From an uncultured Clostridium sp. (lineage in GTDB: Bacteria; Bacillota; Clostridia; TANB77; CAG-508), in assembly GCA_900553125.1 (NCBI GenBank), contig USCB01000006.1:517-64516 (forward strand): 64,000 nucleotides of DNA, in the 5' to 3' direction. Of the stretch, positions 1 through 9,339 are shown one piece after another (the first letter of the stretch is position 1; each line of letters starts with the position of its first letter). The translations under genes were made by a program, and so were the position numbers. The notes below the pieces were generated by a model that worked only from the letters and a program-made list of their open reading frames with translations, was not told the origin of the DNA and searched no databases.

Positions 1-473
1 GTTGTTCCTAAAACCCCAGGAGATATTGCACTTACTGGTCTTGAATTTTCATCTATATATTGTGGTAAATATTTTATTATATGACGTGTTACATCTATGT
101 CATTTATAACTTTTGGTCCTAATGAATCTGGTGTTACATACATATTTCCAAGTCCTACTACTAAAATATCATCTTTAAATTCAATATGTTTGTTTATAAT
201 TTCCTTAAGTTCTTCTGATAAAACTTCTGCTGATTTTTGGATTTCTGTTTCTTCTGCTAACCTTAATTTTTGTATATCTATTGTTATATAAGTACCAATT
301 GGCTTTCCTATTGATTGCTCACCATTTTGATTTGTAATATTTACTTTTGTAACTTTTAAATTTTCATTAATTTCTTTATTTTCTATTTCTACTCCATCTA
401 TTTCTTCTAAATTATTATTTTTTCTAAAGATATCTCTTCTTTCTAAAGCTAAATCTGTTCTAAAATTATACAT
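1..473 (-). CDS. gpr: germination (spore) protease GPR, N-terminal part. The gene runs off the left edge.
   Basis: Not in the ORF track because it is open at the edge. My translation from ATG (473-471) gives MYNFRTDLALERRDIF...ILVVGLGNMYVTPDSLGPKV. This matches the RTDLAxE N-terminus and the GLGN..TPDxLGP motif of peptidase A25. Confidence 0.8.
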   Translation of the reverse strand, partial: MYNFRTDLALERRDIFRKNNNLEEIDGVEIENKEINENLKVTKVNITNQNGEQSIGKPIGTYITIDIQKLRLAEETEIQKSAEVLSEELKEIINKHIEFKDDILVVGLGNMYVTPDSLGPKVINDIDVTRHIIKYLPQYIDENSRPVSAISPGVLGT

Positions 474-534
474 TAAAAAAGTCCTCCCTAAAGCTTATTT
501 TTGCTTTTTAGAGAACTTTTTATTCATTATTTTT

Positions 535-2196
535 TTAAAATATTCCTATTATATTTCCATGTTTATCTACATCTATCATCTCAGCAGATGGAACCTTTGG
601 AAGTCCTGGCATTGTCATTATTTTTCCACAATATATTACAATAAATTCTGCTCCATTTTTTAATGCTGCATCTTTTATGGTTATAGAAAATTTTTCTTTA
701 CATTCTAAATTTTTAGCATCATCTGATAATGAATATTGCGTTTTTGCTATACAAATTGGCAAATTTGATTTTCCTAATTTTTCAATTTTTTCAATATTTT
801 TATTTGCAATCTCTGTATATTCTATTCTTTCTGCTCCATAGATTTTTTTTGCAACCTTTTCAATTTTGTTTTTTATACTATCATTATCTTCATAAACAAA
901 CTTGAAATCTGTTTCTTTTTCTGAGATATTAACTATTTTTTTTGCAATATCTATTGCTCCATCTCCACCTTTTGCCCATCCTTCTACTACACTCATCATA
1001 ATATTTCTTTTTGATAGGTCTTCTTCTATAAATTTAATTTCTTCATCTGTGTCAGTGTTAAATCTATTTAGTGCAACCACCACATTTAGTCCAAATTCGC
1101 TTTTCATATTACATATATGTTTATATAAATTATGCATTCCATTTTTTAGTGCTATTAGATTCGGTTTTAAAATGTCTTCTTTTGCAACTCCACCATGATA
1201 TTTAAGTGCTTTTATTGTTGCAACAATTACAACTACATCTGGTTTTAATCCAGCTTTTCTACATTTTATATCTAAAAATTTTTCTGCTCCTAAATCTGAA
1301 CCAAATCCTGCCTCTGTAATTGCATAATCCCCCAATTTTAGTGCTAATTTTGTTGCCCTAACAGAATTACAACCATGTGCAATATTTGCAAAAGGTCCTC
1401 CATGAATTATACAGGGTGTTCCTTCTAATGATTGTACTAAATTTGGATTTATTGCATCTTTTAAAAGAGCTGTCATTGCTCCTTCTGCTTTTATGTCTTT
1501 TGCATATACAGGTTCTTCTTCTTCATTGTATCCTATTATTATATTTCCTAATCTTCTTCTTAAATCATTTATATCATTTGCCAAACATAATATAGCCATT
1601 ATTTCCGATGCTACTGTTATATCAAACCCATCTTTTCTCGGAACAATTTTATTTTCTCCAGATAAACCTGTTTCGATACATCTTAATTGTCTATCATTTA
1701 AATCAACACATCTTTTCCATGTGACTGTTTTTATTTTCAATTCATTTCCAAAATAAATATGATTATCAATTAAAGATGCTAACAAATTATTTGCTGATGT
1801 TATTGCATGTATATCTCCTGTAAAATGAAGATTTATATCATCCATTGGTGCAATTTGTACCTTTCCTCCGCCTGTCGCTCCACCTTTCATTCCAAATACT
1901 GGTCCTAATGATGGCTCTCTTAATGCTAAAATCGAATTTTGGTTTATTTTGTTCAATCCATCTGCTATTGCAATTGATACTGTTGTTTTTCCTTCTCCTA
2001 ATGGTGTTGGATTCATTGCAGTTACTAGTATTAATTTTCCATCTTTGTTTTCCTTTAATCTTGAAAACGCTTTTTGATTTATTTTTGCCTTATATTTTCC
2101 ATATTGTTCTATTTCTTCTTCTAATAATCCGCATTTTTGGCTTATATTGTTAATATTTTGGAGCTTGGCTGCTCTTGCTATTTCTATATCTGTCAT
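535..2196 (-). CDS. fhs: formate--tetrahydrofolate ligase
   Basis: 553-aa ORF. PTPLGEGKTT nucleotide-binding motif and full-length family-typical sequence. Confidence 0.95.
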   Translation of the reverse strand: MTDIEIARAAKLQNINNISQKCGLLEEEIEQYGKYKAKINQKAFSRLKENKDGKLILVTAMNPTPLGEGKTTVSIAIADGLNKINQNSILALREPSLGPVFGMKGGATGGGKVQIAPMDDINLHFTGDIHAITSANNLLASLIDNHIYFGNELKIKTVTWKRCVDLNDRQLRCIETGLSGENKIVPRKDGFDITVASEIMAILCLANDINDLRRRLGNIIIGYNEEEEPVYAKDIKAEGAMTALLKDAINPNLVQSLEGTPCIIHGGPFANIAHGCNSVRATKLALKLGDYAITEAGFGSDLGAEKFLDIKCRKAGLKPDVVVIVATIKALKYHGGVAKEDILKPNLIALKNGMHNLYKHICNMKSEFGLNVVVALNRFNTDTDEEIKFIEEDLSKRNIMMSVVEGWAKGGDGAIDIAKKIVNISEKETDFKFVYEDNDSIKNKIEKVAKKIYGAERIEYTEIANKNIEKIEKLGKSNLPICIAKTQYSLSDDAKNLECKEKFSITIKDAALKNGAEFIVIYCGKIMTMPGLPKVPSAEMIDVDKHGNIIGIF

Positions 2197-2275
2197 ACTT
2201 TCCCCCTTTTTATTTAATTCAAATTTATACTAACACAAAAATATAAATCCCGCAATAATTTTGCAGGATTTGTTT

Positions 2276-3358
2276 TTATTTTATTAATTGTTTTGAAGTT
2301 TCATCTTCATTTTCACCATCTGAGCCTGTTTCATTATTATTATCACTGTTTGTATTGCTGTTAGTATTTTCTGATGAATTTGTATTATTTTCTAATGTAT
2401 TATCATTTTCTCCTGATGTATTCGAATTATTTCCTGCTGATGTATTTCCTGTATCTTTTTCTTCCTCTGTTTTTGGAGGTTCAAGTGGTTTTGTATCTTC
2501 ACTACCACCTTTATTTTCTTCTTTTTTATCCTCTTTTGGTTGTTCCACCGTACTAGATGCTGGCTCTGTATAATTTTTCCAAGGATTGTTTGGTAATGGG
2601 TCTGTTGGGTCCCAGTTTCTACAAGTTTCATTTGAAGATATCTTTTGTGCTGATGGTTTTCCAAGAGGTCCAGGGTCACTTGATGAATAAAATTCTACAT
2701 ATGTTCCACTTTCACAATTAGAATATATCCAATAAGCATCTGCTACTGTAAGTCTTATACATCCAGCTGAGGCCTTTGTTCCTAATTTATCATATGCTAC
2801 ATATTTTAATGTATCTGGTGAGTTTGTTTTATATGGTACAGAGTGGAATAAGATATGTCCTGTTATTCTTGAACAGTATTGACCATAAACTCCACCATTT
2901 AATTGATGCCATCTGTATTTATTACTCATTTTATATGTACCTGATGTTGGGGTTGCTTTTCCTGTTGAACATACCATTGCTCTTACAGGTACTGTATATT
3001 TTCCGTTTTTATCTTTTTTATATACAGTTACAACATTTGCTCCATAATTTACTTTTATATAGTATGTTTCTTTACTATTTTTTTCTTCTTCCTCAGGATT
3101 TTCTACTTTTGTATCTTCTGCGTCTTCGTCCCAACTTGTATCTTCCGGATTTTCCACTGCATCTTCTTCGGTATTACTATTTTCTTCTGTTTCTTGTACT
3201 ACTTCATTAACAGGTGCAGCTACTTCTTCTATTTTTGTTTTTGCAATATTATTTTTTTGTTTTTCCTTCATACATAACATGATAAATACTATAGCAGATA
3301 TTATAATAGCTATCAATAAAATTATTTGTACCTTTTTATAATTACTTAAATTTTCCAT
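2276..3358 (-). CDS. membrane-anchored L,D-transpeptidase (YkuD domain) with low-complexity N/S/T/E-rich tail
   Basis: N-terminal TM segment. HILFHSVPY...SAGCIRL catalytic His/Cys motif. C-terminal ~90 aa is compositionally biased. Confidence 0.8.
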   Translation of the reverse strand: MENLSNYKKVQIILLIAIIISAIVFIMLCMKEKQKNNIAKTKIEEVAAPVNEVVQETEENSNTEEDAVENPEDTSWDEDAEDTKVENPEEEEKNSKETYYIKVNYGANVVTVYKKDKNGKYTVPVRAMVCSTGKATPTSGTYKMSNKYRWHQLNGGVYGQYCSRITGHILFHSVPYKTNSPDTLKYVAYDKLGTKASAGCIRLTVADAYWIYSNCESGTYVEFYSSSDPGPLGKPSAQKISSNETCRNWDPTDPLPNNPWKNYTEPASSTVEQPKEDKKEENKGGSEDTKPLEPPKTEEEKDTGNTSAGNNSNTSGENDNTLENNTNSSENTNSNTNSDNNNETGSDGENEDETSKQLIK

Positions 3359-3399
3359 TTTTTTCTTCCCTTTTTATTTTTTATACCATTATTCTAGCA

Positions 3400-4272
3400 T
3401 TATTTATATTTATCGTCAATATATTTTTTTGTAATTTTGTAACCTTTATTATATAAATATTCAATATCACTCGTATCTAGCAAACCTATCTTTTTGGTCG
3501 TAATTGTAATTAGTTCATCTATACCATCTAATTCGTAATTTGAAAGTTCGTGTTCCATTAAACTTATTGACCTAACAGCTATATCTATTAAATTTTTACA
3601 ACAATCACCTTTCTTTGATTTTGATGCAAAATTTATCCCTAATACCTTATCTGCTCCCATTTCTTTTAGCTCTCTCCATGCAACATTCTCTCTTACTCCA
3701 CCATCTATTAATTGTTCTTTTCCATACATACATGGAGAAAAAACAACTGGAAAACTACAGCTACTTCTAACTGCTATATCAATTGGTGCATCTACTACAT
3801 ATCTTATTTCATCTGAAATATTTTGCCTAATTTCTTTTGAAGAAAATATAATTACTTCACCATTTTCCAAATTTACAGCAGGTATCGCAATCGGTATTTT
3901 TAAGTCATTCATTTTATACACATTATTTTCTTTACATACATCTTTCATTGCCTTTGTCAAAAAGCTTCCACTATTTAATCCGTCAACAATTATTCTGCCT
4001 GTAAATAATAAACCTCCCACTATTTTAAATATATTTTTTATATCTATATATCTTACTTTTTTTAGATATTTTTTCAATGTTTTATACATTTCATCACTAG
4101 AATAACCCAGAGCATATAATACTGCTATTATACTACCTGATGATGTACCTGCCACCATATCAAATTTTATATTATTTTCTTCTAATGCTTTTAATGCTCC
4201 TATATGTGCAAATGCCTTTATCCCTCCTCCTGAAAAACATAGTGCTTTTTTCATATCCTTTACCTCCAACAA
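3400..4272 (-). CDS. patatin-like phospholipase
   Basis: GGGIKAFAHIG oxyanion motif, GTSSGS (GxSxG) and a DGG catalytic Asp motif. Confidence 0.85.
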   Translation of the reverse strand: MLEVKDMKKALCFSGGGIKAFAHIGALKALEENNIKFDMVAGTSSGSIIAVLYALGYSSDEMYKTLKKYLKKVRYIDIKNIFKIVGGLLFTGRIIVDGLNSGSFLTKAMKDVCKENNVYKMNDLKIPIAIPAVNLENGEVIIFSSKEIRQNISDEIRYVVDAPIDIAVRSSCSFPVVFSPCMYGKEQLIDGGVRENVAWRELKEMGADKVLGINFASKSKKGDCCKNLIDIAVRSISLMEHELSNYELDGIDELITITTKKIGLLDTSDIEYLYNKGYKITKKYIDDKYK

Positions 4273-4320
4273 AAACTCGAATTACTAATATTATATTAAT
4301 AATTCGGGTTTTTGTTATTT

Positions 4321-4758
4321 TTATAGATATGTTTTTAATGTTTCTACACTATCTTCTTGCATCTTTACAAATTCATCTAGCAAACTATGAATGTTTTTGT
4401 CTATATCTGGATTTTGATTTAATAGTCTTCTTCCTTCTATTATTCCCATATTAGTTCCATTTAATAATAGTTCTGATAAATTTGAATTACTTTTATCGCT
4501 CATTGCTTTCATTTGAACTCCCCACCATGTCATTACTTTGTTCATTGCACTTGTTTCATGTGGCTCTTTTTCATATGTGAATTTTTCGTACAGATTGTTT
4601 GCTCTTCTTGAGATGTCTTTGTATTTGTTATATTCTAGTTCTAGTGTTTTTTTGAAGTCTTCATCTCCTACTTTTTTTACGACAAATTCTATTGCATCCA
4701 TTCCCATTGTGGCTCCTTTGTTTAATTCATCTAGTACATTTAAGTCATTATTTTCCAT
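4321..4758 (-). CDS. hypothetical helical-bundle protein (ferritin-like/DUF2383-like?)
   Basis: Start moved to MENNDLNV. An AAAGGAGGAACCAAA-ATG RBS precedes it, and the longer ORF start at 4809 has no RBS. Function not recognised with certainty. Confidence 0.4.
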   Translation of the reverse strand: MENNDLNVLDELNKGATMGMDAIEFVVKKVGDEDFKKTLELEYNKYKDISRRANNLYEKFTYEKEPHETSAMNKVMTWWGVQMKAMSDKSNSNLSELLLNGTNMGIIEGRRLLNQNPDIDKNIHSLLDEFVKMQEDSVETLKTYL

Positions 4759-4821
4759 TTTGGTTCCTCCTTTGTTGTTAGTTTGTACAGTTTTTAGGAA
4801 ATAATACAATTTTAAAAGACA

Positions 4822-4858
4822 TTTAAAATGAGAGCCGTTTTCAAAAGAATACGGCTCT
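4822..4858 (-). terminator. rho-independent terminator after the ZIP transporter gene
   Basis: Stem AGAGCCGT/ACGGCTCT (4831-4838 / 4851-4858), with a T-run on the minus strand. Confidence 0.6.
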
Positions 4859-4870
4859 TTCCCTTATATA

Positions 4871-5668
4871 TTACCCTAAAGCAACATCTAAAATCATCAT
4901 TAATACGAATCCAAAAATTAACCCCAATGTTGCTAAGTTTTTATTTTCAAGTATTGATTCAGGTAACAACTCCCTTGCCGCAACTGCAATCATAGCACCA
5001 GCAGCAAATGAAAGAAGTACTGGCAAAATGATTCTTATTTTCATAACCAATATTACACCTACTACAGCAGATATTGGTTCAACCAAAGCAGAGCCTTGAC
5101 CTAGCATAAAACTTTTAAATCTCGAAAAACCTTCATTTCTGAGTGGCAAAGCCACTGCAGCACCCTCTGGAAAATTTTGGATTCCAATTCCCAAAGCCAA
5201 CATTATTGCTCCTATTAAAGTCATTCCAGGTACTCCACTTGCAATTCCACCAAATGCAACACCTATTGACATTCCTTCTGGTATATTGTGTATAGTTATT
5301 GCAGATACCAATAAAATACTTTTCTTTAAAGAAACTGAACTTCTTAAATTACCTCTATTTTTTAATGCTTTATCCAAAAATTTATCTGATAATAATACAA
5401 ATAATGCTCCTACTGTAACTCCAATAGCCGGTAACATCCAAGCTATGTAGCCAAGTTCTACAGATAAATCTATTGCAGGTGCAAGTAATGACCAAAATGA
5501 TGATGCAATCATTACACCTGCACTAAATCCTAATATTGTATTTAATACTTTTTTATTTAACTCTTTAAAAAAACATACTACAAGTGAACCAAGTGCAGTT
5601 ATTCCCCAAGTAAATATTGTTGCTATTAGTGCTTGAATTATTGGATTTAAATTTTCAAACCAATTCAA
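4871..5668 (-). CDS. ZIP-family divalent metal transporter (ZupT-like)
   Basis: Polytopic membrane protein with IHNIPEG and QNFPEG ZIP signature motifs. TTG start with GGGGTG RBS. Confidence 0.85.
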   Translation of the reverse strand: MNWFENLNPIIQALIATIFTWGITALGSLVVCFFKELNKKVLNTILGFSAGVMIASSFWSLLAPAIDLSVELGYIAWMLPAIGVTVGALFVLLSDKFLDKALKNRGNLRSSVSLKKSILLVSAITIHNIPEGMSIGVAFGGIASGVPGMTLIGAIMLALGIGIQNFPEGAAVALPLRNEGFSRFKSFMLGQGSALVEPISAVVGVILVMKIRIILPVLLSFAAGAMIAVAARELLPESILENKNLATLGLIFGFVLMMILDVALG

Positions 5669-5789
5669 TTTTATTCACCCCATTGTATATTATGTCAAAA
5701 TAGTTAATATAGTTATATTTTTTGTAAAAATTTGCCAAATAAAAAAGCCCAATAACTTATGGGCCTCTTTTCAACCAATATGGTTTATA

Positions 5790-6545
5790 TTACATTTTAC
5801 CAACTAAATTTTTATCCTTGTTTTTATTAACAACTGTAGTTGTAGACTTAACAATTTGAACACTATCCCCTACATTCAATCCATAAGTAATTTCCACATA
5901 ATAGTCATCAGATATCCCTGTTGTAATATAAACCTGTTTCGCCGTGCCATCACCTTGAACAACATCAACATAGTCTTTTCCTTCTTCATCTTTTTGAATA
6001 GCCTCAACAGGAATACCTACAACATTTTCCGCTTTTTCAATAATTACAGTACAATTTGCTTGCATGTTTTCTTCAAGTCTTTCATCTGGATTTGTTATTT
6101 CTACATTTAAGGTTGATTTATTATTAATATCTTTATTTATTTTTATTACTTTTCCAACATAATTTAATGTTTCCTCATCTTTTTTTATTAAAATCTCAAC
6201 ATCCTGATTTTCTTTTGCCTTTTCTAAGTTTTTATCTTCTATAGCTAAAGTAATTTGATATGTTTTTTCTACATTTTCACTATTATTTTCTGTTTCATTT
6301 ACATTTTCTTTATCTTCTGAATCTGTATCAATTAAAGATTCTTTTTCCTTATACTCAACATTTCCTGTTCCTGTTAATGTATTTTTTATTGTAACTGTTG
6401 ATGCTTTCATTTCAATTATACTTGTAGTTGTAACTGTACTTTCTCCTACGTTTTTAGTTTTTTGACTTACAACAATACTATATCCCAAAGAAATTGCTAA
6501 AGCTATCCCCATTATTAATATAATTATCCAAGATTTATCTTTCAT
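5790..6545 (-). CDS. membrane-anchored efflux-adaptor-like (HlyD/MacA-type beta-barrel C-terminus) protein
   Basis: N-terminal TM segment. C-terminal VVGIPVEAI...YVDVV..DGTAKQVYITTGISDDYYVEITYGLNVGDSV is typical of periplasmic adaptor subunits. No partner pump gene is adjacent. Confidence 0.5.
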   Translation of the reverse strand: MKDKSWIIILIMGIALAISLGYSIVVSQKTKNVGESTVTTTSIIEMKASTVTIKNTLTGTGNVEYKEKESLIDTDSEDKENVNETENNSENVEKTYQITLAIEDKNLEKAKENQDVEILIKKDEETLNYVGKVIKINKDINNKSTLNVEITNPDERLEENMQANCTVIIEKAENVVGIPVEAIQKDEEGKDYVDVVQGDGTAKQVYITTGISDDYYVEITYGLNVGDSVQIVKSTTTVVNKNKDKNLVGKM

Positions 6546-6620
6546 CTAATCGCCTCTCTATAAAAAACTTCCCTTATTATAAATTAAAATTCCTAAAAAT
6601 ACAACCTTTTTTCAATTTTT

Positions 6621-6689
6621 ATTCTGTAATTCATAATAAAATCTGGAACTGTGGAGCCAGTGTCCAGATTTTATTACGAATTACAGAAT
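6621..6689. repeat. long inverted repeat (27-nt arms, 1 mismatch, 15-nt loop) in a divergent intergenic region
   Basis: ATTCTGTAATTCATAATAAAATCTGGA (6621-6647) pairs with TCCAGATTTTATTACGAATTACAGAAT (6663-6689). Confidence 0.8.
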
Positions 6690-6774
6690 TTTTATTGCCG
6701 AAAACTTAAATTTGTAGTATCATATTAAATATGATAAAAAGCCTATATAACTTATTTATGGAAAGGAATATCTT

Positions 6775-7248
6775 ATGAAATCAATTAATATAAAATCAAC
6801 TTCAAGTAACCAAACAATGCATATTGCAAAAATTCTTGCAAAATACCTATCTAAAGGCGATACTATTGTTTTAACAGGTGAACTCGGTTCTGGGAAAACA
6901 AAATTCACAGAAGGATTTTTAAGTTTTTTTGGATTAGAAAAAGAAATATCTAGTCCAACATTCAATATTGTAAATGAATATATATCAAACTCCGTAAATA
7001 TCTACCATTTCGACGTTTACAGACTATCAGATACAGAAGAATTTTATGCAATTGGTGGAGAAGAATATTTTGAAAAAGGAATCTGTTTAATAGAATGGGG
7101 TGAATTAATAGAAGACGCTCTACCTTTTGAATATATGCATATTTCATTTGAAAAACTGGAAGATGAACCAGATTCACGCATATTAAGAATCGAAACTTTA
7201 GGACAAAAATATGAAACTATTTTAGACAAATTAAAGGAGGAAATTTAA
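6775..7248 (+). CDS. tsaE: tRNA t6A37 threonylcarbamoyl-adenosine biosynthesis ATPase TsaE
   Basis: GELGSGKT P-loop. Right size, and conserved tsaE-tsaB-rimI gene order. Confidence 0.85.
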   Translation: MKSINIKSTSSNQTMHIAKILAKYLSKGDTIVLTGELGSGKTKFTEGFLSFFGLEKEISSPTFNIVNEYISNSVNIYHFDVYRLSDTEEFYAIGGEEYFEKGICLIEWGELIEDALPFEYMHISFEKLEDEPDSRILRIETLGQKYETILDKLKEEI

Positions 7249-7249
7249 A

Positions 7250-7954
7250 TTGAAAATTTTAAGTATTACAACATCTAGCAAAATCTGTGGAGTTGCCATT
7301 TTAGAAGACACTTCTATTATAAAAGAAATAAATTTAAACAATGGGTTAACACATTCAGAATCTCTAATGCCACTAATTAAACAGATATTCGAAGAAACCG
7401 ATTTAACTCTTTCTGATATAGATTTACTAGTTTCTGATATAGGACCTGGTTCATTTACAGGTATTCGTATTGGGGTTTCAACTATCAAGGCTTTTGCTGA
7501 TAGTATAGGAATTCAAGCTATTGGAGTAAATTCATTAGATAGTCTTACATATAATTGTGAAAATATGGGAATTATATGTTCTTTAATTGATGCTAAGAAA
7601 AATAATGTATATTGTGAAATGTATGAAAATATTTTAAATTCTGCTTTTAGTCATATAGTCAGACGTAAAGCATCTTTTGAAAATATTGAAAATTTACTTT
7701 CAGAAATAAAAAAAATTAATCCAAATTATAATATAACATTTGTCGGAGATGGAGCCTGTGCTTATAAAGATATTATTTTAAAATATCTACCATCTGCTAA
7801 CTTTATAGAAAATAATAACCTATCTGCCTCTAAAGTTGGCTTTGCCGGATTATATAACTATATGACTCAAAATGTTCAAGACGTAATGCCTCTATACCTT
7901 AGAAAATCTGAGGCAGAGAAAAATATGGAGGAAAAATTAAATGGAGCAAAATAA
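7250..7954 (+). CDS. tsaB: tRNA t6A37 biosynthesis protein TsaB
   Basis: TTG start 9 nt after GGAGG. DIGPGSFTGIRIG motif. Conserved synteny. Confidence 0.85.
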   Translation: MKILSITTSSKICGVAILEDTSIIKEINLNNGLTHSESLMPLIKQIFEETDLTLSDIDLLVSDIGPGSFTGIRIGVSTIKAFADSIGIQAIGVNSLDSLTYNCENMGIICSLIDAKKNNVYCEMYENILNSAFSHIVRRKASFENIENLLSEIKKINPNYNITFVGDGACAYKDIILKYLPSANFIENNNLSASKVGFAGLYNYMTQNVQDVMPLYLRKSEAEKNMEEKLNGAK

Positions 7955-8392
7955 TTTTGATATTGATTTTATGAAACTTGATGATTTAGAAAATATAAAA
8001 GATATTTTGGAAGGTGAGTTTGATGATTTTTGGAATTACAGTATTTTTAAAAGTGAATTAAAAAATCCAAATTCAACTTATTTCGTCGTAAAATGTGATG
8101 AAAAAATCGTTGGATTTGCTGGCGTCTTAATTGTTTTAGATGAATCTGATATTACTAATATTGTTGTCAAGAAATCTTTTAGAGGTATGCGGAATTTCAA
8201 ATTTGCTTATGAAAAAATTGATTGATTTTTGTTACCAGAAAAATATTAAAAAAATCAATTTAGAAGTTTGCTCTGTAAATAGTGTTGCTATTTCTCTTTA
8301 TAAAAAATGGGGATTTAAGCAGGTCGGATGTAGAAAAGGTTATTATCGTGATGGTGATGGATTGTTGTTCAATTGGGACCGGGTCTTTTTAG
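7941..8392 (+). pseudogene. rimI: ribosomal-protein-alanine N-acetyltransferase RimI. As written it is split by a +1 frameshift at CGG 8190-8192 (ORFs 7941-8225 and 8140-8466).
   Basis: Skipping C8190 joins ...VVKKSFRGM to GISNLLMKKLIDF..., which restores the GNAT R-x-x-G-x-G/A motif. The end at 8392 assumes the same shift at CGG 8380; otherwise the frame runs to 8466. Confidence 0.75.
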
Positions 8393-8499
8393 GGCATTGT
8401 TCCATCGGGACCGGGTCTTTTTGGTACATTGTATTGCAAAGATTTTGTTCCAATGGAATAACTTGAAAATGTACCAAAAAGACCCGGTCCCAATTGAAC
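8364..8499. repeat. cluster of three copies (two direct, one inverted) of the GGGACCGGGTCTTTTTGGTACA palindromic repeat family
   Basis: Cores at 8375-8390 and 8407-8428, and an inverted core at 8470-8491. Copy 2 and the inverted copy can form a ~22-30 bp hairpin. The same element occurs at 45033-45062 and 59334-59402. Confidence 0.85.
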
Positions 8500-8517
8500 C
8501 CTGTCATTCACAATATA

Positions 8518-9273
8518 TCATTTTTTCTTTTCCTGCATATGATAGCAAATCTTAGCAACAAAAAAGTCAGGAGTAATCTTAGACAAAAATTTAGCACATT
8601 TTATCATAAATCCAGGAACAATATTAAATTTTCCTTTCAAAAAATACTTAATTGCATATTTTGCTACATACTCACTAGACTTAGAACTCAAATTAAACTT
8701 TACTCCTGCAACATTATTAAAATTCGTATTCACAGGTCCTGGCTGAAGTACACTAATTTTAACATTGGACTTTTTCTTATTTAATTCTTCTCTTATCCCC
8801 TCTGATAATCTTAAAACATAAGATTTAGACGAATAATATGCACACATAAGTGGACCTGGCATACTTCCTGCAATTGAAGATACATTTAAAATCCTACCAT
8901 TATCTTTTTGAACCATATCTTTTAAATATAGTTTTGTTAAAATATGTACAGCAATTACATTTGTTTTTATTAAATTTAATTCTTTTTGTAAATCTGTCTT
9001 AGTAAACTCACCAAACACTCCAAATCCTGCATTATTTACCAATATATCTATATCCTTATTTTCTTCATATAAACTTATACAATTTTCCTCTTCAGATAAA
9101 TCTTTTACCACTATTTTAACATTAATTTTGTATTTTACTTCTAGTTCTGTTTTTAATTCATTTAGCCTTTTTTCATCTCTGGCTACTAATACTAAATCAT
9201 ATTTTCTTTCGGCAAATTCTCTTGCCATATCTCTTCCAATTCCAGAAGATGCTCCTGTAATTAAAACTTTCAT
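8518..9273 (-). CDS. short-chain dehydrogenase/reductase (SDR)
   Basis: TGASSGIGR cofactor motif, NNAG, and YSSSK catalytic motif. Ends with TGA. Confidence 0.85.
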   Translation of the reverse strand: MKVLITGASSGIGRDMAREFAERKYDLVLVARDEKRLNELKTELEVKYKINVKIVVKDLSEEENCISLYEENKDIDILVNNAGFGVFGEFTKTDLQKELNLIKTNVIAVHILTKLYLKDMVQKDNGRILNVSSIAGSMPGPLMCAYYSSKSYVLRLSEGIREELNKKKSNVKISVLQPGPVNTNFNNVAGVKFNLSSKSSEYVAKYAIKYFLKGKFNIVPGFMIKCAKFLSKITPDFFVAKICYHMQEKKK

Positions 9274-9293
9274 ATCTCTTTCTCCTTTTTTGT

Positions 9294-9333
9294 ATTGGGG
9301 ACGGTTCTTTTCGGAAAAAGAACCGTCCCCAAT
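9294..9333. repeat. 17-bp perfect hairpin (ATTGGGGACGGTTCTTT / AAAGAACCGTCCCCAAT) between the transketolase and SDR genes
   Basis: Seen directly. It resembles the GGGACCGGGTCTTTTT family. No T-run follows on the minus strand, so it is not a canonical terminator. Confidence 0.7.
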
Positions 9334-9339
9334 GCGAAA

